A stretch of 64,000 nt of DNA from an uncultured candidate division Zixibacteria bacterium (GTDB lineage: Bacteria > Zixibacteria > MSB-5A5 > GN15 > FEB-12). Shown piece by piece: positions 28,861 to 37,678 of the stretch. Numbering within the stretch: position 1 is the first letter of the stretch; the number at the start of each line of letters is the position of its first letter. Under the pieces are notes generated by a model. The model was given only the letters and a program-made list of their open reading frames with translations, ran no database searches and was not told the origin of the DNA. The stretch is taken from positions 896,001 to 960,000 of the forward strand of contig OY760907.1 in assembly GCA_963664195.1 (NCBI GenBank), given 5' to 3'. The translations under genes were made by a program, and so were the position numbers.

Positions 28861-29095
28861 TCCTCGCCGGACTGAGTACCGACCTGCGGTGGTCTGTCAC
28901 ATGACGCAAAGATACATCCACTCGACAAAATGCGCAAACGCCTAAAAAAACGGCATCCGGACCAATATCACCCCCTTCCCCTGCATGTCCTTGTCACACA
29001 ATCACTTCACGAAAACACCTATGGAACGGACGTGCTGCAAGATGCGCCTGCTGTGCTTGACCGATCGACAGGGTACATGAACATCGTTTACCCGC

Positions 29096-29123
29096 TTGAC
29101 TTCCGCAGACAAAATGTTATGAT
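29096..29123 (+). promoter_or_regulatory. Candidate sigma70 promoter for the Rh gene
   Basis: TTGACT, 16 bp, extended -10 TGnTATGAT. Confidence 0.5.
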
Positions 29124-29311
29124 CCCCCCGATAGGGACACTGACTTACACAAACCAACGCTGGGATCTCCCCGGTCCCGGTGGTTGCACATTATGAACCG
29201 GATTCGCGCTGCGCAGGTGACGCCCCCCCTTCAAGCAATCAGTGCTTCGAACGGACGTACACACGTGACAAGGCTGTGTTCGCGGACTCCGGCACGACAG
29301 GAGAAACTGAA

Positions 29312-30574
29312 TTGAAGAAGCATCGCATGCTGCCTTCGATCGCACTTCTTGCTGCGATCCTGGCAATTCTTCCAGAAACCGGCTTTGCGTCGGAGACAGT
29401 CGACTCTATAGTCGATGTTCAAAAGTACACTCGCTCCATCCACATCATGGCCATGTTGCTCGTCGGCTTTGGCTTCCTGATGGTCTTTGTGAAACGTTAC
29501 GGACGGTCGGCACTGACCGCCACGCTGCTGCTGACATCGGTCGCCATTCCGCTCTATCTCTGCATCAACAGCTTCGGCGTTCTGGGTCATGTGGAGCACG
29601 GCATTGATGGTCTCATTCTCGCCGAGTTCGCGGCGGCATCGTTGCTGATCTGTGCCGGTGCGGTGCTGGGCCGGCTGAAAATGTATCAGTATATCATACT
29701 TGGATTACTTTTCATTCCGTGCTACATGTTCAATGAATGGATCATGCTCGGCGGCGGTCTTGGACTGATTGAAGGAAGCGGATTCGCCGATACCGGAGGT
29801 TCAATTGTCATCCACGCCTTCGGCGCGCTCTTTGGGCTGGGCTTGATTATGACCCTCACGACCAAGAGAGAATATGACACACCGGTTGAGGCCGACGCGA
29901 CAAGTGATCGGTTTTCGATGCTCGGCAGTATGGTGCTGTGGGTATTCTGGCCAAGTTTCTGCGGCGCGCTGGTGCCGGCTGCCGATGTTCCGAGAACGGT
30001 TATCAATGTGATTATCGCTCTCTGCGGCGCAACGTTGGCAACCTATCTGACCTCGGTCGCATTGCGACGGAAAATCCTCATTGCCGACATTGCCAATGCC
30101 TCGCTGGCCGGTGGTGTGGCTATCGGTTCAACCTGTGACTTTGCCACACCCGCCAGCGCCATGATTATCGGCCTGCTGGCAGGTGCGCTGTCTGTATTCG
30201 GATTCGCGAAGATACTCCCCTGGTTGCAGGGAACCATTAAGAAGGTCGACACGTGCGGCGTCATGTACTTGCACGGACTCCCCGGATTGTTTGGCGGCAT
30301 CGCGGCCGTGTTTGTCGTGACTTCGGTAAGCTCCGGCGTGCAGTTGACCGGCATCGGTATTACAATCGCTGTTGCGATGGTTTCCGGGCTTTTCACCGGG
30401 TTGGTTGTCTCGTTCTTCGGGCGGCGTGATGTGGCCTACGAAGACTCAGAGGAATTCCTGGACGCTGAATACAACTTGGACGATCTGAGGAGAGCGCTTC
30501 CGGATTCCGTCCTGGGCCAAATGTCCCAAAACAAAGCGCCGGTTTTGGAAGCTCAGCCCCGCGAACTGGCATGA
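29312..30574 (+). CDS. Rh50 (Rhesus)-type ammonium/ammonia channel
   Basis: IHIMAMLLVGFGFLM, DTGGSIVIHAFGALFGL, SDRFSMLGSMVLWVFWPSF, ANASLAGGVAIG, DTCGVMYLHGLPG; TTG start with RBS AGGAG. Confidence 0.92.
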   Translation: MKKHRMLPSIALLAAILAILPETGFASETVDSIVDVQKYTRSIHIMAMLLVGFGFLMVFVKRYGRSALTATLLLTSVAIPLYLCINSFGVLGHVEHGIDGLILAEFAAASLLICAGAVLGRLKMYQYIILGLLFIPCYMFNEWIMLGGGLGLIEGSGFADTGGSIVIHAFGALFGLGLIMTLTTKREYDTPVEADATSDRFSMLGSMVLWVFWPSFCGALVPAADVPRTVINVIIALCGATLATYLTSVALRRKILIADIANASLAGGVAIGSTCDFATPASAMIIGLLAGALSVFGFAKILPWLQGTIKKVDTCGVMYLHGLPGLFGGIAAVFVVTSVSSGVQLTGIGITIAVAMVSGLFTGLVVSFFGRRDVAYEDSEEFLDAEYNLDDLRRALPDSVLGQMSQNKAPVLEAQPRELA

Positions 30575-30602
30575 CGGTTTTCCCCTGATGTTTGATTTGC
30601 GT

Positions 30603-30641
30603 AAAAAGGTCGGCATCCAAACAGATGCCGACCCTTCTTTT
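30603..30641. terminator. Bidirectional intrinsic terminator
   Basis: AAAAA-GGTCGGCATC-CAAACA-GATGCCGACC-CTTCTTTT. Confidence 0.75.
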
Positions 30642-30661
30642 GTAACTCTGTACGAGGACGT

Positions 30662-31675
30662 TTAGAAATCGTTTTGCAACACGATGCGATAACGAGCCTC
30701 GCCCGCACGAAGCGCGGCCAGAGCGTCGTTCACCCGTGACATCGGATACATCTGTATCTTCGGCTTGATGCCGTGTCGGTCGCAGAACTCCAGCATTCTC
30801 GCAGTCGTCGCGGGGCTTCCTAGCGGTGAGGCCGAAATGGAACGCTGGCCAACCAGTAACGGGAAGACGGTCACCGGCACCGGCTCCATGACAGCTCCGA
30901 CGAAGTGAAGTCTCCCCTTCGCTCTCAGCGCGTTCACATACATGTTCCAGTTCAGCGGCACGTTGACGGTCACCAGCAGGAAATCAAGCGTACCGGCAAT
31001 CTTCCCCAACTCGCTTTCATCACGTGAATTTACAACAGCATGTGCGCCAAAACCACGAGCTTCATCTGCCTTGCTTTCCGACGACGTAAACGCCGTTACA
31101 TGACAGCCCCATTTGTTGAGGAACTGGATGGCCATGTGCCCCAGCCCGCCGATCCCTACCACGCCAACCCGATCGGTCGGCTTGACATCGAATTGCACGA
31201 TAGGATTGAAGACCGTGACCCCGCCACAGAACAACGGCCCGGCGCCTTCCGGTTTCAGACCGGCCGGAAGCGGAATCGCCCAGTTATGGTGGCAGCGGAC
31301 TTTGTCGGCAAAACCACCGTGGCGGCCGACGATTGTTCCCTCGCCGCTTCCGCAAAGATTGTGGTCTCCGCTCATGCAGGAGCTGCATACGCCGCAGCTT
31401 TTCGAGGACCAGCCAAGGCCGACCCTCTGCCCCACTGTAAGGTGTTTCACATTGTCCCCGAGATTCTCGACCAACCCTATGACCTCGTGTCCGGGAACCA
31501 GCGGATACTGTGACATCTGCCAGCTATTGTCAATCATCGAGAGGTCCGAATGACAGATTCCGCAGTACTCTACCTTGATCTCAACGTCATCGACACCCAA
31601 CGATCCCGCCTTGTATGAAAACAACTCCAACTCCCCGCCAGCCGCCGTACACGCATATGCTTTGATCTTGCTCAA
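30662..31675 (-). CDS. ahr: Zn-dependent NADPH aldehyde reductase (Ahr/YjgB-like)
   Basis: CGICHSD, GHE, CxxCxxCx7C, GPLFCGG, GIGGLG, ARYRIVL; TTG start with RBS AAGGAG. Confidence 0.85.
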   Translation of the reverse strand: MSKIKAYACTAAGGELELFSYKAGSLGVDDVEIKVEYCGICHSDLSMIDNSWQMSQYPLVPGHEVIGLVENLGDNVKHLTVGQRVGLGWSSKSCGVCSSCMSGDHNLCGSGEGTIVGRHGGFADKVRCHHNWAIPLPAGLKPEGAGPLFCGGVTVFNPIVQFDVKPTDRVGVVGIGGLGHMAIQFLNKWGCHVTAFTSSESKADEARGFGAHAVVNSRDESELGKIAGTLDFLLVTVNVPLNWNMYVNALRAKGRLHFVGAVMEPVPVTVFPLLVGQRSISASPLGSPATTARMLEFCDRHGIKPKIQMYPMSRVNDALAALRAGEARYRIVLQNDF

Positions 31676-31769
31676 TTGGTGACTCCTTCTTTTCAGTATT
31701 GCATTGAGATAACAGATATCAAGACAACAGCCGGAGTAGCCCAAAAGGTCCGGCCTGCGCAAACATGAA

Positions 31770-32696
31770 TCAGTCTTTTTGCCAAAACGCGTGACCTGAG
31801 TAGGTCATCGCGCTGTCGGGGAGAATGACCACGATTAGACCAGATGTCATCTCGCGGGCCACTCTCAGCGCACAGACCACAGCCGCGGCGGAATTCAGCC
31901 CGAGCAGAAGCCCCTCGTTCCGCGCAAGCTCCCGTGCCATGGCCGTGGCTTCCTCGCACGAAATCTGATAATGCCGATCTGCCAGGTTCGGATCATAGAT
32001 GCCGTTTGTCTCAAGGTCGGATTCGCCCAGATGATATGATACTAGTTGCACGTCGCTGAGTTCTTCTGCCAGACGGTGCCCCACGCCCATGAATGTACCG
32101 CCAGTGCCGAGTCCGGCCACAAAGTGCGTCACCTCGCGGTTGGTTTGCCTGAGGATCTCCAGGGCTGTGCCTCTATAGTGTGCCCGCCAATTGGCAGGGT
32201 TGCGATACTGGTCAGCTAAGTAATACGCCTGTGGACTCAAATGGTACAACAGACGAGCCTCGGCTACGGCGCCCGCAAGACCATCCAGCGGATCGGTGAA
32301 AATCACCTCTGCACCGCAGGCTTTGACTGCCTGTAAAAGGCGGCTGTCGACATTCTCCGGCATCACGAGCTTCACTCGATAACCCGCCGCGGCCCCGATC
32401 ACGGCGTAGGCGACTGCACTGTCACCGGAGGCGGCATCGAGAATCATCCTGGCATGATTCAAGCTGCCTGAACGCTCACCTTCTTTAATGATGTTTAGCA
32501 CAGATCGGTCTTTCGCCGAACCGCCCGGATTGAGCCATTCGGCTTTCCCGCAGATTTTCACCGGCGGCACCTGACCGGCGATTCTGCTCAAGTCCAGGAG
32601 CGGTGTATTCCCCACAGCGTCGAGCACACCGATTCGTCGGTCGGAAGTGCGGCCGGAAGCTCGCGGACGTACTTGCCCCGCCCTCTGTTCTTCCAT
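31770..32696 (-). CDS. Cysteine synthase family PLP enzyme with divergent motifs
   Basis: VGNTPL, NPGGSAKDR, GLGTGGT, ILPDS; substrate loop reads AASGDS. Confidence 0.85.
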   Translation of the reverse strand: MEEQRAGQVRPRASGRTSDRRIGVLDAVGNTPLLDLSRIAGQVPPVKICGKAEWLNPGGSAKDRSVLNIIKEGERSGSLNHARMILDAASGDSAVAYAVIGAAAGYRVKLVMPENVDSRLLQAVKACGAEVIFTDPLDGLAGAVAEARLLYHLSPQAYYLADQYRNPANWRAHYRGTALEILRQTNREVTHFVAGLGTGGTFMGVGHRLAEELSDVQLVSYHLGESDLETNGIYDPNLADRHYQISCEEATAMARELARNEGLLLGLNSAAAVVCALRVAREMTSGLIVVILPDSAMTYSGHAFWQKD

Positions 32697-32817
32697 ACAG
32701 GTGTTACGCCTCTCGGAGCGAGAGGGATTGAAACGAGGCGAACAATGCGACAGACAGAGAAGACCCGACGCACCATAAGGTCCGCCGGGTTACCGTCTAT
32801 CGAATGTCTCAGGCCAG

Positions 32818-34290
32818 CTACCGAAGATTGCGCAGCATCGCAAAGAAAGGCTGCCAGTCTTTGATCACAACCGGCTTCTGATCAAACAGCTTCGCGTCGG
32901 CCTCGTCGAGTCTTGACTTGTCGATCATCACAAGCAACACGTTCTGGTCGAACCAATTATCGTACATCGTCCAGTACCCGTTGTTGCCCTTGCTGCTGCC
33001 CCAGGAGTTCTCCACCAACCATTTGCGCGGCACACCCGCCGAAGTTGTATCGGCACCCGTAATCGCCATGGCATGGTTGGGAGACATGTCCCAGTAATTG
33101 ATCCGGTCTTCCTTGGTAAGATTGAAGTCCAACCCGAACGTAGCGTTGTAGTCATAGATGTTGATGGCAAACATACCGGAGTCATTGAAATTATCCGCAC
33201 CGACATCGCACGCGAACCAGACAATCTGACTGTCAAGGAGCGACTCGAAAGTGTACTTCTTCAGCTTCTCAATCGGCATATTCAACAGCTGCATGTCCGA
33301 CCCCTCAAAGAGTATACGGCCGATCTCAAACTCGTACAGCTTGTCGAATTCCCTGGCCGGGTTGTGACAGAGCGCCACATACTCCGGCATCTCCTCGCCG
33401 TAGAACTCGCTGTAGAACCCCATCGGCGTGTAGCTCTTCTCAACCAGGACTTTCTTTTCCTCAGGCTCTTCGGCCTCAGAGGTTGAATCGGCAGTTGAGT
33501 CTGCGGTCTCAGCCTCGATCTTCTCCTCATAACGGAAGACAAACTCTTTCGGCGGATGACCGTAATTGCAGACCAGCAGACGGTAGACATCGCTGAGGAT
33601 TTCGGATTTGAGTTTACGAAGGTCATCGATGCTTTTACCATCGGCATGGAGACGCCTCATATCGGCGGCACCCTTGCGCAACAGCGTGTTGATCAGGCTG
33701 TTTTGTCGACCAGTCTTCGAGGACTGTTCTGTTTCCGGCATAGCCGAGGCTGGCACGATACCGTACTTGGCAATCAATCCCTCGAAATAGTTCCACCACC
33801 CGCCGTCGCCAACCGCATACTCAAGTATGTTCATCATCGAGCGATCATCGAGAGGCTTGTCGCGAAGCCGGATTATCTCCTCGAGAAACATGTTGGACTT
33901 TTCGATCTTGTCCCAGAACGACAGATACGATTCGGACAGCGCGAAATCCGACAGGTCGAGCTTGCTCATGACCCTTGGAGTAATGCAATTGGCCCCGGCG
34001 AACATCCAGCATCGGCCGCTGCTTTTCTGGTTGATGATTTTGGAACCGTCGACCTTGACGTTGAACCGGCTGTCGAATCCGGCGACCAACTCGCGATTGA
34101 GCGAGAGCTTCTTAATATCGTTGTTGGTGACAGCATTGATGACGCGATTGATGTCTTTGTCTTTGGCCAGGTTGGCCTCGAATTTGGCGAGCATATCGGT
34201 ACTTACCGCGCCTTTGTCATCGGCTAATGCGAACGTAGCGCACATAGCGACGAGGGCGGCAATGGTGATGAGGCTGCGACGGATATTCAT
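32818..34290 (-). CDS. Exported C1B cysteine aminopeptidase (PepC/bleomycin hydrolase family)
   Basis: NQKSSGRCWMFA, DGGWW, NHAMAITG, VENSWG; signal peptide from MNIRR. Confidence 0.93.
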   Translation of the reverse strand: MNIRRSLITIAALVAMCATFALADDKGAVSTDMLAKFEANLAKDKDINRVINAVTNNDIKKLSLNRELVAGFDSRFNVKVDGSKIINQKSSGRCWMFAGANCITPRVMSKLDLSDFALSESYLSFWDKIEKSNMFLEEIIRLRDKPLDDRSMMNILEYAVGDGGWWNYFEGLIAKYGIVPASAMPETEQSSKTGRQNSLINTLLRKGAADMRRLHADGKSIDDLRKLKSEILSDVYRLLVCNYGHPPKEFVFRYEEKIEAETADSTADSTSEAEEPEEKKVLVEKSYTPMGFYSEFYGEEMPEYVALCHNPAREFDKLYEFEIGRILFEGSDMQLLNMPIEKLKKYTFESLLDSQIVWFACDVGADNFNDSGMFAINIYDYNATFGLDFNLTKEDRINYWDMSPNHAMAITGADTTSAGVPRKWLVENSWGSSKGNNGYWTMYDNWFDQNVLLVMIDKSRLDEADAKLFDQKPVVIKDWQPFFAMLRNLR

Positions 34291-34371
34291 ACGAAGGTCC
34301 TTTCGGTGCAAGTTGATACCGGACGGGAATATAGCGAATAGGGTGAATTCTGACAACGGGTTTGTGTGGAA

Positions 34372-34758
34372 GGCGATGAACGATACCATCACTTCGGTTT
34401 GCGGTCGAGCTCCGCCTGGGCAAAAAAAGCTGAAGCTTTGCGAAGTATCTCATTCGCACGCTTCAACTCTCGATTCTCCCGCTCCAGTTGCTTGAGCCGC
34501 TCACGCTCCGACGTGGTCAACCCGGGAAGGCGACCAGCATCTCGCTGAGCCCGAACCACCCACTTCCTCAGAGTCTCCGCGGAGCAACCTATCTTCTGTG
34601 CTATCGACTGGATGGCCGATCACTGAGAGCTATACTCTCCAAGATGCTCCTCGACCATACGTACGGCCCGTTCCCGGACCTCCGGTGAATACCCGCTTGC
34701 TCTTGCCATGACTGTAATCTCTCACATTATTCACCCTCCGGCAACTCTGGGCGGTTCA
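34372..34758 (-). mobile_element. Truncated IS3-family (IS51/IS6110-like) element: left IR, orfA with premature stop, first codons of orfB
   Basis: IR TGAACCGCCC at 34758; orfA 34709-34389 YSPEVRERAVRMV...SQ*SAI...[26 protein letters not shown] at 34620-34622; orfB MVSFI then similarity ends. Confidence 0.9.
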
Positions 34759-34982
34759 GGAATCGATTTCATCAGGTGCTCGCCCAAGAGATAACGGGAT
34801 ATCCACTCTGTTACCAAGAGCAGAACGATTGCTTCAGAGTGGGGACATTGCGATTCGCTCGCAATTGCCTAACAAGGAATACTTGACAATACAGATGTTT
34901 CGGTTCGACCCTGGAGAAAGCCCCTGCGGCTAGCAGGAGCTTTCCAATGACGATGTGAAATACCCAGTACTACGGGTCCTCT

Positions 34983-35123
34983 TCACACTTTGCTGTAGGT
35001 GGTGCCATTGCACTTGGGGCACGGCGGAAGCTTGTCGTCGGTGTCATCCAAGGTCACAGTAGTACCGCACTTGGTGCACTTGTACGTGCCTTTGCCTGGT
35101 TTTTCACCTGTCGTTGGACACAT
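34983..35123 (-). CDS. 46-aa zinc-ribbon protein
   Basis: MCPTTGEKPGKGTYKCTKCG...LPPCPKCNGTTYSKV; two CxxC; RBS AAGGAG; below ORF-track cutoff. Confidence 0.85.
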   Translation of the reverse strand: MCPTTGEKPGKGTYKCTKCGTTVTLDDTDDKLPPCPKCNGTTYSKV

Positions 35124-35335
35124 AGGCCTTCTCCTTTCTAAGCCATGGGCAGAAGGTAATCAGCCGCCCAATTCGCTCTGCTTAGTGTTCTATACACAAA
35201 TCGCCCGCACTGTTGTCGTCGATAGCAGATCAAATGAGTGATGTCAATCACATTCCTCCGACAGTCGACCCGAAGAGACCGGCAGACCTCTTGTGTCCGG
35301 GACAGCCCCTGGGCCACGCGGGACGAGTCGGAGAG

Positions 35336-35365
35336 TGGCGGGTTCGAAGACAGACCCGCCCTACA
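35336..35365 (-). repeat. GTAG-type REP-like element, copy 3
   Basis: Minus strand TGTAGGGCGGGTCTGTCTTCGAACCCGCCA; 27 of 30 identical to copy 2. Confidence 0.7.
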
Positions 35366-35451
35366 ACAGAATCCCAGCCGCCCCCCCCTAACCCCCTGCT
35401 ATACCTACAGCTTTGACGGTTCCTGTCGATATACCTCGATAAGGAACTGTT

Positions 35452-36819
35452 ATGCCCGAAAAAGCGATTTTCTACGGTGATATAGTCAACAGGAAGCAAC
35501 GTCGGCGTATCCGCGATACCTATCCGGGCCACGTAGATGATATCCTGTGGCATGACGCACCAGACATGTTTGAATCCAACGGCGAAAGGTCCGTGGTGTT
35601 TGTCGATCTCGATGATCCGGCGTTCGCCGATCCGGGGTTTTTGCTCTCCATTTCGACCGCCGGGCAGATGGTCAAACTTATTGGCAAATCGACAGATACT
35701 TCCACAGAACAGGCCCGCGAAGTCGCCCGGCTGGGCGTCTCAGAGCTGCTGACCTCGGATGAGTGTCTGGAACGTCTGGAAGCTATCCTCAAGGAAGCAG
35801 AGAAAATCCCCGCTACCTCCGACCAACAAGAAGTATCGAGATACGGAATCGACGCCCTTATCGGAGTGTCGGAGCAGATTGGGGAAATTCGCAGTACCAT
35901 CAGTCTGTTGTCCGAGGTCGATTTTCCCAGCGCTCTTGTCCTGGGCGACACCGGCACTGGCAAGAGTCTTATTTCAAAGATCCTGCACAATTCAGGAACG
36001 CGTGCCAGGCATAATCTGGTCGAGGTCAACTGCTCTGCCATTCCCGATGAACTGTTTGAAACCGAGTTGTTTGGTCATGCCAAGGGCGCTTTCACCGACG
36101 CCAAAAAAGAGAAGCAGGGACTGTTCGAGTACGCCGAGGGCGGAACGCTGTTTCTTGACGAGGTGGGCAACCTCTCAGCCTCGGCGCAGGCAAAACTACT
36201 GAAGGTTGTCGAGGACAAGAAACTCCGCAAGGTGGGCAGCGTCACCGACAAGGATATTAATGTGCGAGTGGTCGCGGCCACGAATCTCAATCTTGAAGCC
36301 GCCGTCCAGGCCGGGTCGTTTCGTGATGATCTTTTCTACCGGCTCAACCTTCTGACGCTTGAAATTCCCCCGCTCTGCGAAAGACCGGATGATATCCCCG
36401 AGTTGATCACGCACTACCTGAGCTATTACTCGACCAACTACGGCAAACCCTACATTGTAGTAGATGAAGCCGCAACCAATCAACTGAAAAGCTATCACTG
36501 GCCCGGAAATGTGCGTGAGTTGTGCAATATCCTCGAACGGGCCGTGTTGCTCAGCCGCGACGGCACAATTGGCGTCAACAACATCGGGGCAGCTTTCACC
36601 AACAGCCGTATCAGTGCCGCCGACCGCCAGCAATTGGTGATAGACATTCCGCCGCAGGGCCTCACGCTTCAGGAAGTCGAGCAAAATGTCGTGAAGCAGA
36701 TTCTCAACATGTTCGACTGGAACAAGTCGCAGGCTTCGAAATTCCTCGGCATCTCTCGTCCGCGCCTGAGGCGCATCATCGCAGCCGCCGGACTGGAACA
36801 AGACAGACGTCAGGTGTAA
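35452..36819 (+). CDS. Sigma54-dependent enhancer-binding protein (Fis HTH) with degenerate receiver-like N-terminus
   Basis: GDTGTGKS, ETELFGHAKGAFTDA, LFLDEV, FRDDLFYRL, WPGNVREL, C-terminal HTH. Confidence 0.95.
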   Translation: MPEKAIFYGDIVNRKQRRRIRDTYPGHVDDILWHDAPDMFESNGERSVVFVDLDDPAFADPGFLLSISTAGQMVKLIGKSTDTSTEQAREVARLGVSELLTSDECLERLEAILKEAEKIPATSDQQEVSRYGIDALIGVSEQIGEIRSTISLLSEVDFPSALVLGDTGTGKSLISKILHNSGTRARHNLVEVNCSAIPDELFETELFGHAKGAFTDAKKEKQGLFEYAEGGTLFLDEVGNLSASAQAKLLKVVEDKKLRKVGSVTDKDINVRVVAATNLNLEAAVQAGSFRDDLFYRLNLLTLEIPPLCERPDDIPELITHYLSYYSTNYGKPYIVVDEAATNQLKSYHWPGNVRELCNILERAVLLSRDGTIGVNNIGAAFTNSRISAADRQQLVIDIPPQGLTLQEVEQNVVKQILNMFDWNKSQASKFLGISRPRLRRIIAAAGLEQDRRQV

Positions 36820-36894
36820 CGCCGGAACAAATCGTTCCAATTGCCGATTTTCTCCCGTAACTCGCTATCTCTCAACCTATTGGATTCGCTGGAC

Positions 36895-36917
36895 CGTCTC
36901 AGGGGTGGTTCGAGACG
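36895..36917. promoter_or_regulatory. Candidate upstream activator sequence
   Basis: Inverted repeat CGTCTC-N11-GAGACG about 100 bp upstream of the sigma54 site. Confidence 0.4.
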
Positions 36918-37009
36918 TGACATTAAGCCATTTTGAGGCAATTCGCAGTCCGACTCGTCGAGACCGATAAGGCCAACGGTCACACAGCGTTGCGGCGAGA
37001 CTAGAAGCA

Positions 37010-37025
37010 CGGCACGGCGATTGCA
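37010..37025 (+). promoter_or_regulatory. Sigma54 (-24/-12) promoter
   Basis: CGGCACG-GCGA-TTGCA matches YGGCACG-N4-TTGCW. Confidence 0.8.
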
Positions 37026-37086
37026 AGTGGAATCACTGTCGATCTGACAATAATGCTATTTGAGATACTCGCAAAGGAGTTTCCTG

Positions 37087-37629
37087 ATGACCAGAACCAA
37101 CTCGCTCAAGCTCAACACCGCGACCTTCGCCCTCGTGATCTTCGCTCTTCTGGCAGTTGTTGGTTGTTCTAACAACCCGATTGCCAACGACCCTCAGACT
37201 GCTGAGCCGCAAGTCTTGAGCCGTGTCGGTCGAACTGTCGGAACCGCTTCCGCCTCGCCGATCAACCTTTATACCGAACAGGTCATATCCGCCAGTGAGG
37301 GCGGCACACTGACCCTGCTCGACGTTGTCCTTGATATCCCGGCCGGCGCAGTACCGCAGGATACCGTATTTTCCATTATGATACCGGACGATGAGATATT
37401 CTACAATGAGTTCGGTACCGACGGTCTCAAGTTTGACAAGCCGGTCACGGTTACTATGTCCTACCGCAACGCCGATTTGAGCGGTATCAAGGAATCGACT
37501 ATCCGCATAGGTTACTTGAATGAGAGCACGGGCGTGTGGCAGGATATGGTATGTACTCTTGATCGGGTCAACAAGACCGTCACCGCACAGCTGTACCATT
37601 TCTCCGCCTACGGCCTGATTTCGGACTAA
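37087..37629 (+). CDS. Lipoprotein with ZU5-like beta domain
   Basis: Lipobox VVGC; GGTL...LDIPAGAV...F.KPVTVT...HFSAY; RBS AAGGAG. Confidence 0.75.
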   Translation: MTRTNSLKLNTATFALVIFALLAVVGCSNNPIANDPQTAEPQVLSRVGRTVGTASASPINLYTEQVISASEGGTLTLLDVVLDIPAGAVPQDTVFSIMIPDDEIFYNEFGTDGLKFDKPVTVTMSYRNADLSGIKESTIRIGYLNESTGVWQDMVCTLDRVNKTVTAQLYHFSAYGLISD

Positions 37630-37678
37630 TTAAGACAGTAATCGGATTTACCTCTTAAGAAAGAAGTGACTAAGTAGC

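Noticed and set aside
28861..28990. Frameshifted PAS remnant upstream of the histidine kinase (RHVTDHRR)
   Set aside because: That frame is short, closed by a stop and shows no other PAS features
29125..29311. Riboswitch in the long Rh leader
   Set aside because: Hairpins present but no match by eye to a known aptamer; needs an Rfam covariance search
34291..34392. IS orfB-peptidase fusion (ORF track start MMVSFI)
   Set aside because: In-frame coincidence; the peptidase has its own RBS and signal peptide at 34290
34620..34622. TGA recoding (Sec or Trp) in IS orfA
   Set aside because: Element is truncated and TGA terminates many genes in the window; simple inactivation
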